A stretch of DNA of 64,000 nucleotides. Source: Zygnema circumcarinatum SAG 698-1b. Its lineage: Eukaryota > Plantae > Zygnematophyceae. A model generated the notes under the pieces. The model was not told the origin of the DNA. It searched no databases and saw nothing but the letters and a program-made list of their open reading frames with translations. Below, one piece after another: positions 1-12,702 of the stretch. Where the stretch lies: assembly GCA_037447605.1 (NCBI GenBank), contig CM074816.1, positions 434,001-498,000 on the forward strand. The letters are read 5' to 3'. The translations under genes and the position numbers were made by a program. Each line of letters opens with the position of its first letter. Position 1 is the stretch's first letter.

Positions 1-740
1 TGAGCATGGAGCTCCATGTAAGACCGCGTTCAGCCAGTCGATGATTGCATAGAGCATGAACTCAAGTGATCTTCTTTTGCCAGTTTGGGATTTTAGGGGC
101 GTTCAGTTTTTTATTCTGTGTAGCATTGTGAGGTCTAAATGGAGTATTGCTGTTTTCGCGGTGTTAATGGGTTCACGCAGGCATACTCGAGATCTATTCG
201 GAATCAGTACGTCGATGCATCTCTACCGGTGAACGAGCAGGAGGGAGGAGTGGATGCCCTGGTCATGGTGAGTACACCCTCCATTCTCTCTGTCCCTTTC
301 TCTCTCTCTTTCTCTCCGTCCTCTCGCCTCTAACAGCTCGTTCTCTCTCCCCCTTTCTGTATCAATAGGAATTGGTAGCCAGAGGGGCTTCGGAGGGTGC
401 GGCGCGAAGATATGTGATAGGCTCCATGGCTCGTGAACGGCACAAAGTTCTCCAACAGGATGCGGAGGAGCGGCTGCCAAAGGCGAGCAGCTGCAAGTAG
501 AGTTTAGGGTTTAAGAATTTAGGATCGTAGTGCTATGCAAGTAGTTACCGTGCACGCCGCTTGAAAGTGGTGCATGGTAAAAATAAGTCATTTTTGCATC
601 CCAATGTCGAGCACTTCGGGACTTAGGTGTGGTCTTTGATTGAGTTTGCGATGTTTTTAGGGCTTTGTAAGTTTTTTGGTTTAGGGTTTGTTGATCGAGA
701 GCTTGCAGGTCTTGACTAAGTCATGCTGACAATTAGTATT

Positions 741-790
<50 letters not shown>

Positions 791-2978
791 AGGCATATCA
801 TATATTATGACAGTTCTGTATATAGCCAGAGGAGTGGTACTTGGGTACGACATGAATATTTGAAAACAAAGGAACAAAAACAAATCTTTACATTTTTCTG
901 TTCTTTTCTTTTTAAAGCAAAACAAGTAATCCTCCTAAAATACGTTAAACATTTCAATTCATCTTTTTGTTTTCAATCAATCCGCTTCTTCTTGACCCTA
1001 AAAGTAAAGCACTGAATTAGCAATTGTTCTAATTTCAACCACCTACATAGAGCTGGTCCAAACTTAAAGACTTATCACAAAAGATCACAACAGAAACTAA
1101 CACATTTCCTCCTGTTCCATGCACGCGGAAAGCTCCTTCACATGTTATAGCAACTCAGCATAATGCACCTACTTCCCTGAACCCTCCCTTGAAATCTGTA
1201 CAGCGCGACTAACAAATGGCTGAGAAACGTTTCCTCTCCCTCCCCGTCTCCCTCCCCCTTCCCCTCCCTCCCTCCCTCCCTCCCTCCTACCTCCTCCTAC
1301 CCTCCTTGGCGCTACATGGCGGTCGGAGCCGGGCTGCCGCTTTTTACTTTGAAGACATGCCACAGTGGGAGAATCTTCAGCCTCTGTAAATGTTTTGGAA
1401 AAGCTCAACATATGTGAAAATTTTGAGAAGGGTATTCTCCTTTCTCTCAACTTCAAAAGTGTGAAATACTTAGGTTTTGAAAAGGACAGGTCTGGGCGCC
1501 ATATCCAACTCCACCATCAAACAACAAAGGTGCAAAGTTTGGTCTCATGCACTGTAACAGCAGGACGACGACATGTACAGTGAAGAATTTGACATCCCCA
1601 ATATGCAAATTGACAACAATTCAACAGTGAAAGGAAGGGAGCACAAAGTTGACAATTGAGAGTCTCGCTCGCATCTTTCAACCGAGAGAAAAAATTAAGT
1701 GTGTCGAATGTGACCCACTTTTTCAACAGACCTTGACCTCCCCTTAAAGCTAAGTTCTGCCCAACAATGAATCCTACCTAAAACTGCAACCTAAAGGTGC
1801 ACCTTAAAATGAAATAACTATGAACTAACTTTGAATCCAAAATGGACACCTGCGCAAGAGAGTGCATCTCTCTTTTGCCGGGTCCAACCATGTCTTTCTA
1901 TGTGCAAAATTAGCCCCGCATTCAAAATCGTTTGCAACTTACAAAAAAAGGGGGAGACCTTGACCCGAGAGGTCAAAAAATAAACTCCAAACGATGAAAG
2001 ATGCGAAGAAACTACTGCACATACTCAAGTATCTTTTCGAAAAGACTTCCTTAAAAACAAAAGAACCTATCGACTGAAAAAGTTCATGATCGCACTTCCA
2101 ATCTGCGACAACCAGGAGGGAGGTTTTTGGCAAGGAGTGCTGACTGCTGGTACGGGTCCAAAATGATTCACTGCACAGGTAAAAACACAATTTTCTATTA
2201 GAACTTACTGCTAAGGCGGGGATGTTAAAAAGCTGCAAAATAGTCATGCTTTTTTCTAGTAAAAAGAGACAACAAACAAGGTACAATCCTTAGCAATTGG
2301 AAGAGTTGAAACTAGATTAAAGAATAGAAGTCATACCTATTTGATTTGTGTCCTGATACCCACATGTGCCCTTCTCGTTCTCGTTCTTGGGCTGGTAATC
2401 AAATGTGCCCATCTCTTCTGTGGGCTGATGTCTGTTTGTGAAATTGTCGTTCAAGTTTTGCACCCTTGATAATCCCTCTGTGAAACCATTCTGCATGGCA
2501 ATCAAGAAAGAAAAAAACAGTTTTCGTTTAGGTTCCACATTGCAGAACGAGGACTGCAAGATTCTGTAAGAAAGACAATGCTTTAAACACTACGGGCACG
2601 TATGGAGCGAGCAGCAGCGATGGACGCACACCTTTTGCTGAGCGCCTGCGCCCCTTGACTGCTGCTTTGGTACTCGCACTTCTGCCGGCCGGACAGCTGT
2701 CACAGCAACATCCTTATGCGGCACGCGGGACTGCTGCTTCGTTGCTCGCACTTCTGCCGGCCGGACAGCTGTCACAGCAACATCCTTATGCGGCATGCGG
2801 TTTCGGGCATCTGAGAGCACACAACACGGAACGGAAGCAAGGAGAAGGTGTGAGTAAGGCCGACACTTTTGGATTAAAGTTAGAAGCAACATTAACTGCA
2901 TCCTTGAGAGCGCTTAGCAATCTGCCCTACACTCCACGCTACCTCCACTCCCTCTCCTCCTCCCCCACCCTGCACTCT
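1..2978. repeat. Tandem segmental duplication, copy 1 (truncated by the window start)
   Basis: 1-2978 matches 5366-8341. The offset is 5365, then 5363 after a 2-bp indel (cagcgcgact vs cagcgact, near 1203/6568). The ORF track shows matching peptides in both copies. Confidence 0.97.
742..788. repeat. (GCCT)n microsatellite, duplicated at about 6107-6153
   Basis: Direct reading. Confidence 0.95.
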
Positions 2979-3888
2979 CCTTCCCTCCTCTCTATCCCGC
3001 ACTCTCTCTCCAGTTTCTCCTTGTCCCAATTTCCAATGCACGTGCCAGACCTAGAATAGGACGTGCCATACCTGGAATAGGGACTGGAAGGGTCGCCCAC
3101 TCCGTCCATGGATTGGGGAGCGGTACGACGCTGGGGGCTGGAAGGTCCGCCCACTCCGCCCATGGGTTGGGCTCTGAACGGGAGGCGCACGCCGTCTCCT
3201 TCTCCTTCTGCTCGGAAGGGGGATTGGAAGAGGCAAGGTCATCTGCGACCGTTGCGACCGTTGCCGTAACGGGACAAACAAGGGCGGCCTGTGCGGCGGC
3301 AACTGGCACAGTAACGGGCGCGATTTCTTCTAACAGCACAAACAAAAAAAAAAAAACAAACACAAATTAGCAAAAATAAGCGAGCCGAATTTCTTTCTCA
3401 AGTTAGTAATCCAAAGGATGCTATGAGCAAAGGCACGAGCACTCACCAGCACTCGTCCACTGTGGCACACCAAAGGTAGGCGGGCATTCTTCCATGGGCA
3501 CCGGCGGGCATTCTTCCATAGGCGGCGGCAGCGGCGGGAGCTCCCCAATGCCGCGGACTCTTATCACAGTTCGCGCCACGTGACGATGCGCGAGCAAGTC
3601 ATCCGGCCGCTCGATGAGGTACGACACCATCCAGTGGGTGAGAAGGAACTTTATTTGGTTCAAAGCGAGGCCCTCCATCGCTTGCTCAGGGGAGAGCGGC
3701 AGCTTCGGGAGAGTTTCGATTTTTCGAATCCACACCACAGTGGAGGCCACGCGACGATGCGCAGCGAGGTCGTTCGGAGGTGCGTCGTGCGGCACCACCC
3801 AGAAAGCGAGCAAAAATTTAAGTTGGTTGAGGGCAAGCGATTCCACCACACGCAGCCGCGCCTGCAGGGAGGCGGCCACGGAAGCCAT
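2067..3888 (-). CDS. Unassigned 5-exon gene, about 378 aa, with paired internal repeats (exons 3888-3447, 3329-3072, 2810-2632, 2490-2337, 2170-2067)
   Basis: All four introns are GT-AG with matching phases. Intron 1 has a GTGAGT donor and a ctaat branch plus poly-T-AG acceptor. The spliced CDS is 1137 nt and open from ATG to TAG. A TATAAG lies near 4005-4010 on the minus strand. Repeats: 2x about 55 aa LALNQ(L/I)KFLLxxWxV...AHRxVA, 2x PMEECPP, 2x PNPWxEWAxLPxP and 2x 24 aa PHKDVAVTAVRPAEVR. Confidence 0.8.
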
Positions 3889-4725
3889 GGCGGCGACGGT
3901 TGCGGAGCGAAGCGTGAAGGGACGAGAAGAGAAAGAGAGATCAAGAGAGGAAGTAGTGGAAAGAAAGGAGAAAGTGAAATGGTGGAAAGGGGAGGGCGTC
4001 CCAGCTTATACGGCCCGGGACAGGACGTCACGTAACGCGCATGAGCGGAACATCAGCAAGGTGGCGCGGATGATGTTGGCGCCCAGCCGTACATTCGCAT
4101 TTTCGAGCAACCAGGTGCAGTGCTCGCGCGCGGGGCGGCCGACAGTCAGCGCGCGCCGGGCTGCCGCGTGGCACGGAGGGTTTCCGTTCCGCGGCGGCGA
4201 GGCGTGACGCGCAGCGGTAACTTTGGCCGGCCAGCCGGTACTCAGCGCAGTAATGCTCGGCGGCGGGGACGGCGCCAAATGTGTTCGTCCTGCCCATTCG
4301 TGCAACGATCGCTTCAGACTGGTGGGTCGGATTCCGGGCAGAGCTAAAAAACGTTTGGCTGCGGCAGACCGCGACGCTCGCGCCGCCCCTTCGTAGGTAC
4401 ATTTTCTTGGCCGCGTTTGCACGCGCGCCGGATGCGACAGACCAGGACTGTCGTCTGTCACGTGGCGTATGCCGACTGGTGTTCTGCGGATGGGAATGAC
4501 GTGGTCGGGCGGCAAAACGTCGCAACTCGTGACAGGGCCCACTTGTCGATGTCGTCATCCGTCAGCGCCACACGCGTGGTAGATGCGCACGTGCGGTCGG
4601 AGATAAGGAATTCAGACCAATCAGGACGCGCCACAACGACGTTTTTTTTTCCACATGGCGCGCTGATATTGAATCTCCGCGTGTCTGGGAAAGATGGAAC
4701 GCCAGTTGTCAGGGTCGACTCGCGT

Positions 4726-4760
<35 letters not shown>
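3889..4760. promoter_or_regulatory. Divergent promoter region rich in ACGT/ACGCGT cores
   Basis: tcacgtggc, tgacgtgg, acacgcgtgg, gcacgtgc and ccgcgtgtc motifs, CCAAT at 4617, a TATA-like motif near 4008 and (CT)n at 4726-4760, all between two divergent start codons. Confidence 0.55.
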
Positions 4761-4762
<2 letters not shown>

Positions 4763-5865
4763 GGCGCTATCGGTATCTCGAGGAACTGAGGGGGATGAGA
4801 AGGCCTTGCAAGAGGAACCAGGCATCTCTCAGTCGGACTTGAAGTTATTGGCTAAAGCTTTAGCCTGACAACTTTGAGGTCAAGATGCCCACATCGTGCT
4901 CGCCATGCAGGAGGAGTCTTGCTCATCTGATTTGCAGCTGCTTGAAGGGCTTTAAATTTCAGAAGGGACTAATTGAAGACATCTAAAGCGCTGCTCTCGA
5001 GGTGATGAACAGCAGAAAAGAAAGGGCGGCTAGAGAGCCTCTGTGCCACATGACACTGCAAGGGACACTCAGGAAGAATTAGAAGTACTTTCATGAGTGG
5101 GAAAGCCAGCTCTCTTGCCCACGCCAGTTCAGTGTGGAGGTAGGAAAGGCGACCATGGGCAGCACACAGGAGGTGGGACAGGAGGGAGAGGGAGAGGGAG
5201 AGGGAGGGAGGAGGGAGGGAGGAGGGGCAAAACTGAAGGAAGTGAGACTAGTAGGGAGGCTGAGAGGGATGGAGTGAAGGGCGGAGGGGAGAAAGCCGAG
5301 ATTGGGCGGGAGGGAGAGGTGGGGGAAGGTGAGAAGCTTCTCCATGCAAAGAGGAACTGATAAACTGAGCATGGAGCTCCATGTAAGACCGCGTTCAGCC
5401 AGTCGATGATTGCATAGAGCATGAACTCAAGTGATCTTCTTTTGCCAGTTTGGGATTTTAGGGGCGTTCAGTTTTTTATTCTGTGTAGCATTGTGAGGTC
5501 TAAATGGAGTATTGCTGTTTTCGCGGTGTTAATGGGTTCACGCAGGCATACTCGAGATCTATTCGGAATCAGTACGTCGATGCATCTCTACCGGTGAACG
5601 AGCAGGAGGGAGGAGTGGATGCCCTGGTCATGGTGAGTACACCCTCCATTCTCTCTGTCCCTTTCTCTCTCTCTTTCTCTCCGTCCTCTCGCCTCTAACA
5701 GCTCGTTCTCTCTCCCCCTTTCTGTATCAATAGGAATTGGTAGCCAGAGGGGCTTCGGAGGGTGCGGCGCGAAGATATGTGATAGGCTCCATGGCTCGTG
5801 AACGGCACAAAGTTCTCCAACAGGATGCGGAGGAGCGGCTGCCAAAGGCGAGCAGCTGCAAGTAG
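4761..5865 (+). pseudogene. Decayed spliced gene of unknown family (its 3' exons are also at 181-267 and 369-500)
   Basis: ATG at 4761 follows a CT tract. Exon-like blocks about 4761-5139, 5329-5430, 5546-5632 (AYSRSIRNQYVD...LVM|gtgagt) and 5734-5865 (ELVARG...SSCK*) have phase-0 splice junctions. The 5' exons carry several TGA/TAA/TAG stops and one frameshift. Confidence 0.45.
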
Positions 5866-6105
5866 AGTTTAGGGTTTAAGAATTTAGGATCGTAGTGCTA
5901 TGCAAGTAGTTACCGTGCACGCCGCTTGAAAGTGGTGCATGGTAAAAATAAGTCATTTTTGCATCCCAATGTCGAGCACTTCGGGACTTAGGTGTGGTCT
6001 TTGATTGAGTTTGCGATGTTTTTAGGGCTTTGTAAGTTTTTTGGTTTAGGGTTTGTTGATCGAGAGCTTGCAGGTCTTGACTAAGTCATGCTGACAATTA
6101 GTATT

Positions 6106-6155
<50 letters not shown>

Positions 6156-8341
6156 AGGCATATCATATATTATGACAGTTCTGTATATAGCCAGAGGAGT
6201 GGTACTTGGGTACGACATGAATATTTGAAAACAAAGGAACAAAAACAAATCTTTACATTTTTCTGTTCTTTTCTTTTTAAAGCAAAACAAGTAATCCTCC
6301 TAAAATACGTTAAACATTTCAATTCATCTTTTTGTTTTCAATCAATCCGCTTCTTCTTGACCCTAAAAGTAAAGCACTGAATTAGCAATTGTTCTAATTT
6401 CAACCACCTACATAGAGCTGGTCCAAACTTAAAGACTTATCACAAAAGATCACAACAGAAACTAACACATTTCCTCCTGTTCCATGCACGCGGAAAGCTC
6501 CTTCACATGTTATAGCAACTCAGCATAATGCACCTACTTCCCTGAACCCTCCCTTGAAATCTGTACAGCGACTAACAAATGGCTGAGAAACGTTTCCTCT
6601 CCCTCCCCGTCTCCCTCCCCCTTCCCCTCCCTCCCTCCCTCCCTCCCTCCTACCTCCTCCTACCCTCCTTGGCGCTACATGGCGGTCGGAGCCGGGCTGC
6701 CGCTTTTTACTTTGAAGACATGCCACAGTGGGAGAATCTTCAGCCTCTGTAAATGTTTTGGAAAAGCTCAACATATGTGAAAATTTTGAGAAGGGTATTC
6801 TCCTTTCTCTCAACTTCAAAAGTGTGAAATACTTAGGTTTTGAAAAGGACAGGTCTGGGCGCCATATCCAACTCCACCATCAAACAACAAAGGTGCAAAG
6901 TTTGGTCTCATGCACTGTAACAGCAGGACGACGACATGTACAGTGAAGAATTTGACATCCCCAATATGCAAATTGACAACAATTCAACAGTGAAAGGAAG
7001 GGAGCACAAAGTTGACAATTGAGAGTCTCGCTCGCATCTTTCAACCGAGAGAAAAAATTAAGTGTGTCGAATGTGACCCACTTTTTCAACAGACCTTGAC
7101 CTCCCCTTAAAGCTAAGTTCTGCCCAACAATGAATCCTACCTAAAACTGCAACCTAAAGGTGCACCTTAAAATGAAATAACTATGAACTAACTTTGAATC
7201 CAAAATGGACACCTGCGCAAGAGAGTGCATCTCTCTTTTGCCGGGTCCAACCATGTCTTTCTATGTGCAAAATTAGCCCCGCATTCAAAATCGTTTGCAA
7301 CTTACAAAAAAAGGGGGAGACCTTGACCCGAGAGGTCAAAAAATAAACTCCAAACGATGAAAGATGCGAAGAAACTACTGCACATACTCAAGTATCTTTT
7401 CGAAAAGACTTCCTTAAAAACAAAAGAACCTATCGACTGAAAAAGTTCATGATCGCACTTCCAATCTGCGACAACCAGGAGGGAGGTTTTTGGCAAGGAG
7501 TGCTGACTGCTGGTACGGGTCCAAAATGATTCACTGCACAGGTAAAAACACAATTTTCTATTAGAACTTACTGCTAAGGCGGGGATGTTAAAAAGCTGCA
7601 AAATAGTCATGCTTTTTTCTAGTAAAAAGAGACAACAAACAAGGTACAATCCTTAGCAATTGGAAGAGTTGAAACTAGATTAAAGAATAGAAGTCATACC
7701 TATTTGATTTGTGTCCTGATACCCACATGTGCCCTTCTCGTTCTCGTTCTTGGGCTGGTAATCAAATGTGCCCATCTCTTCTGTGGGCTGATGTCTGTTT
7801 GTGAAATTGTCGTTCAAGTTTTGCACCCTTGATAATCCCTCTGTGAAACCATTCTGCATGGCAATCAAGAAAGAAAAAAACAGTTTTCGTTTAGGTTCCA
7901 CATTGCAGAACGAGGACTGCAAGATTCTGTAAGAAAGACAATGCTTTAAACACTACGGGCACGTATGGAGCGAGCAGCAGCGATGGACGCACACCTTTTG
8001 CTGAGCGCCTGCGCCCCTTGACTGCTGCTTTGGTACTCGCACTTCTGCCGGCCGGACAGCTGTCACAGCAACATCCTTATGCGGCACGCGGGACTGCTGC
8101 TTCGTTGCTCGCACTTCTGCCGGCCGGACAGCTGTCACAGCAACATCCTTATGCGGCATGCGGTTTCGGGCATCTGAGAGCACACAACACGGAACGGAAG
8201 CAAGGAGAAGGTGTGAGTAAGGCCGACACTTTTGGATTAAAGTTAGAAGCAACATTAACTGCATCCTTGAGAGCGCTTAGCAATCTGCCCTACACTCCAC
8301 GCTACCTCCACTCCCTCTCCTCCTCCCCCACCCTGCACTCT
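5366..8341. repeat. Tandem segmental duplication, copy 2, ending abruptly at ...ccctgcactct|gggaggg
   Basis: Near-identical to 1-2978; identity stops at 8341, inside intron 2 of the orphan gene. Confidence 0.97.
7430..8173 (-). pseudogene. 5'-truncated duplicate of the orphan gene (exons 3-5 only)
   Basis: Copies of exons 3-5 at offset 5363. Exons 1-2 are absent because the duplication ends at 8341. Confidence 0.75.
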
Positions 8342-8459
8342 GGGAGGGAGCTTTGCAAATAGGGGGTCTTTAGGGCTTTTAGGGTTTTGAGGGTCGCTTT
8401 CCAATACTGCACTAAAGCTGGTGACTTTAGCCTTTCTAAGGAGCTGGGTTCAATCGCAG

Positions 8460-8788
8460 GTCGATGTGGAGTCTCCGGATGCTGGCGAGAGGTGGCCCGG
8501 CTTTTCAGCAGCGAGCTATTGGGAGTGCGAGCTGGCAGAGGGAGAGATGCTCTACATTCCGCCAAAGTGGTGCGCATGCCTTGCGCGATTGTTATGATGC
8601 TGCGTGAACATATTCACATGTTTTTTGATTTGGATGTTTTTGTGCCAATCATTGGTTTTATTGAGTTGCTTTCATGAGGAAAATTGTGACGAGTTTGTTT
8701 TTTTTCTCGATTTGTGGGTTGGTGCAGGTGGCATTACATCCGGGCCGAGGAGAGCAGCCTGTCTGTGAGCTTTTGGTGGAGCCAATGA
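8460..8788 (+). CDS. JMJ30: Last two exons (8460-8569, 8728-8788) of a JmjC-domain hydroxylase/demethylase of the JMJD5/KDM8/JMJ30 type; no 5' exons found in the window
   Basis: Spliced translation VDVESPDAGERWPGFSAASYWECELAEGEMLYIPPKW|WHYIRAEESSLSVSFWWSQ* matches the JMJD5 C-terminal signature GEMLYIPPKWWHYVRS...SVSFWWS. Confidence 0.88.
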
Positions 8789-10048
8789 CCTCCAATTTGG
8801 TGCATGGTCAATTGGAAGTGCGGATTGGGGGGGAGGCCTTAATAGGAGAGGAGGGTTCAGCTCTTAAGGGAGAGCCTCTGAAATGGAGGAGAAATCTCTC
8901 TCCCGTTTGGTCCCACACTTTCTCAGCCGGGTTACTCTCAAGCTGTTGCTCTAGAGTTGAAACTGTTCAAATGTTTACAATGTTAAAGAGTTGGATTACT
9001 CCTTGTTGGTTGGGGAGGGTGCCTCAAACGACTCGATGCTGATCAATGCTATGCGGCACATTGCGCGACGTGATGCATGGAAGTTGTGAGCCATGGCATG
9101 CAAAGTAGCCTCTTTGTTTTGAAATCTCTAGAACTGTCTGAATTCAGAAATTGTGTGCGAGTCCTCTCTACTTACCTCTCCCGCTCTCCTCTCCCTCCCT
9201 CACTCTGTCCCCTTCCCTCACTCTTTCTCCCTTTCTCCCTCTCTCTCTCCCCCCATCTCTCCGTCTCTCTCTCTCCCCTTCTCTCCCTCTCTCACACAGC
9301 GGCCATGATACTATCATAGCTGCTGAAAAGACCTGAAGCGAGATATATCGTACTACCGATATTCTCCAGCATAGAACGAGACCTTCTTCAACGCATTCAG
9401 CCGACCATCACGCTCGACAGCCCCACATAGCACCCGCCCTCCAAGCACCGGAAAAGGGAGAAACCACGAGCACGGGTAGGCCCTATTGTACGGGCTAGTA
9501 CGGACAACACTTGCTGACGGCTGCCTTCATTGCACTGACGCACTTGAAGTACACGTGGTAGCCTACGATTTGCTGGACACCGCTCAGCAAACCAAAAACC
9601 ACCAACCCACTTTCCTCCGGATTCCAAGTTTGCAACTTACCTCCAGTGTCCAATTTAAAATAATAGCTGACGTGGTAATCAACCACTGGTCCACTTGGCA
9701 CAACAGAATCCAAAAAGATACCTTAGAACTTTCCACCAATCACGTCAGCCCATCCACGTCAGCAAAGATATCGTTTTCTAAATATTTCCTCTCATCCAAC
9801 GCCGTTAATGCCGTACAGTACTTGAGTCACTACAGACAAAACTCTGTACGACCTCATGCAAGAGATGCCGCGCTTCCGGCATGCGTGTCGGTGCCGTACA
9901 GGCCCCGTCCACCACGTGGCGCCACCAAGCTCTGCATGCCCGATCCGGCTCTGCCACGTGGTGGGCCCGCTCGGACACCCAACGGCTCCCCCCTACTTCC
10001 CCCTCGGGCCTCCTCCCCCCGCCACGTGCCCTCCCTCCCTCGGCAGCC

Positions 10049-11414
<1,366 letters not shown>

Positions 11415-12702
11415 AGATCGATAGCTTCTCAGATGCGAAAGGAAAGGTCGACTGTTGAGGGCTCTCCGATGCTTCCTGCATGAAGGGGCCTTCGGGTCCT
11501 CGACGAACTGGGAGGGTGGTCCTGTGTGACGCGCAGGAGGAGGGCCATGCATTGTTCTTTGAAACGGGGGGTGGGAGAGGCGTAGGAGTAGGACGTAGAT
11601 GGCAGTTTGAGTCTGAAAAGATGAGAGGGAAATAGTGCTGCACAGGGCAGGTCAGGGGCAGTCTTAGGGTAGGAATGTGTTATGATTGTAAAAAGCACGG
11701 TAGGTGTAGATAAGATGATGCCTTTTCGAAACCCTAATAAGCCTGCAGATGGAAGGGCTGTCAATAATTCAGAAATCTGAGCTGCATGGGGCGGAAGGCA
11801 TGATAAAGAGGCGAAGAGCGGTACGGAGCGCATGTTCTCTCGAAGTTTTGAGAAGTTGTCACGCCCGGTCGCTTTTTGTCTCGATGTTAGGGTTCACTCA
11901 TTTGGTTCAGTGACGGCGTTTCAATGTTCGAGAGAGTTAAATTTGATTTTACTTTATGAAGCGGCGGCGAGTTCACGCGAACTTGTGGATCTGGTCAGGA
12001 TGATTATTTAGGGTGTGCATGCCTTTCCTCTTCTTGGCGGGGGAAACGTCAGCAGAAGTCTCCGCCATGTCGAAAAGCTGTCACTGACTTTCCCCTTACC
12101 AGATGTAGCCGCTCTTTGGATAAAGTCAGGAAAATTCGTGAACGGAGTTACAAACTGTCTACATATTTGGTCTTACTTGTGGCTAGGAAATTTGTTCATA
12201 ATCATTGTTCATGGCTTGGAGTTTTCCTTTGTCTTTAATCTTCGGCTACGAATTGTTTCACGGTTAAGACTTTCCCTAAAGTTTTACCTCACGTTTTTAC
12301 TCCGCTAGGATTTCCTTCTGGTAAGTCAGGCCAGTCGAGAATTAGGCACCACCACCTACCTACCTATCACCCTCTTTTTGAAATTTCAGATTTTGTCACC
12401 TCCCATCCTTTGGCCCCGAGGTACCGGGTACTAGGAGCAGACATTCCAAGGAGGAAAACGAATTGACATGACGGCAACTGATCACAGTCGAAGCATGGAG
12501 TGCGGAGGAAGGAGAGAGCGACAGAGAGGCAACCACTCAAGAGGGAAAAGAGAGTTGAAGGAGCTCCTTTTAAAAAAACAGAGGTGCTGCCACTTCCAGC
12601 AGTGAACCCACCCGTCCTTCAAACGACAAAAAGGCACAACCCAATTGCAGCCCTTGAATCCCCCTCTTCCAGCACAGGCAGCTGCCTCTCTCCTCTCCCT
12701 CT

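Noticed and set aside
2673-2796. 72-bp direct repeat as a CRISPR-like or regulatory repeat
   Set aside because: Only two units with no spacers; it is an in-frame 24-aa duplication in exon 3 of the orphan gene, in a eukaryotic context.
3421-3888. The 155-aa ORF (and 2992-3363) as stand-alone genes
   Set aside because: Strong in-phase splice sites join them into one 5-exon gene.
1-8341. Reading the two 3-kb direct repeats as LTRs of a retrotransposon
   Set aside because: No TG...CA ends, PBS or gag/pol remnants are visible, and spliced genes run across both repeat boundaries, which fits a tandem duplication.
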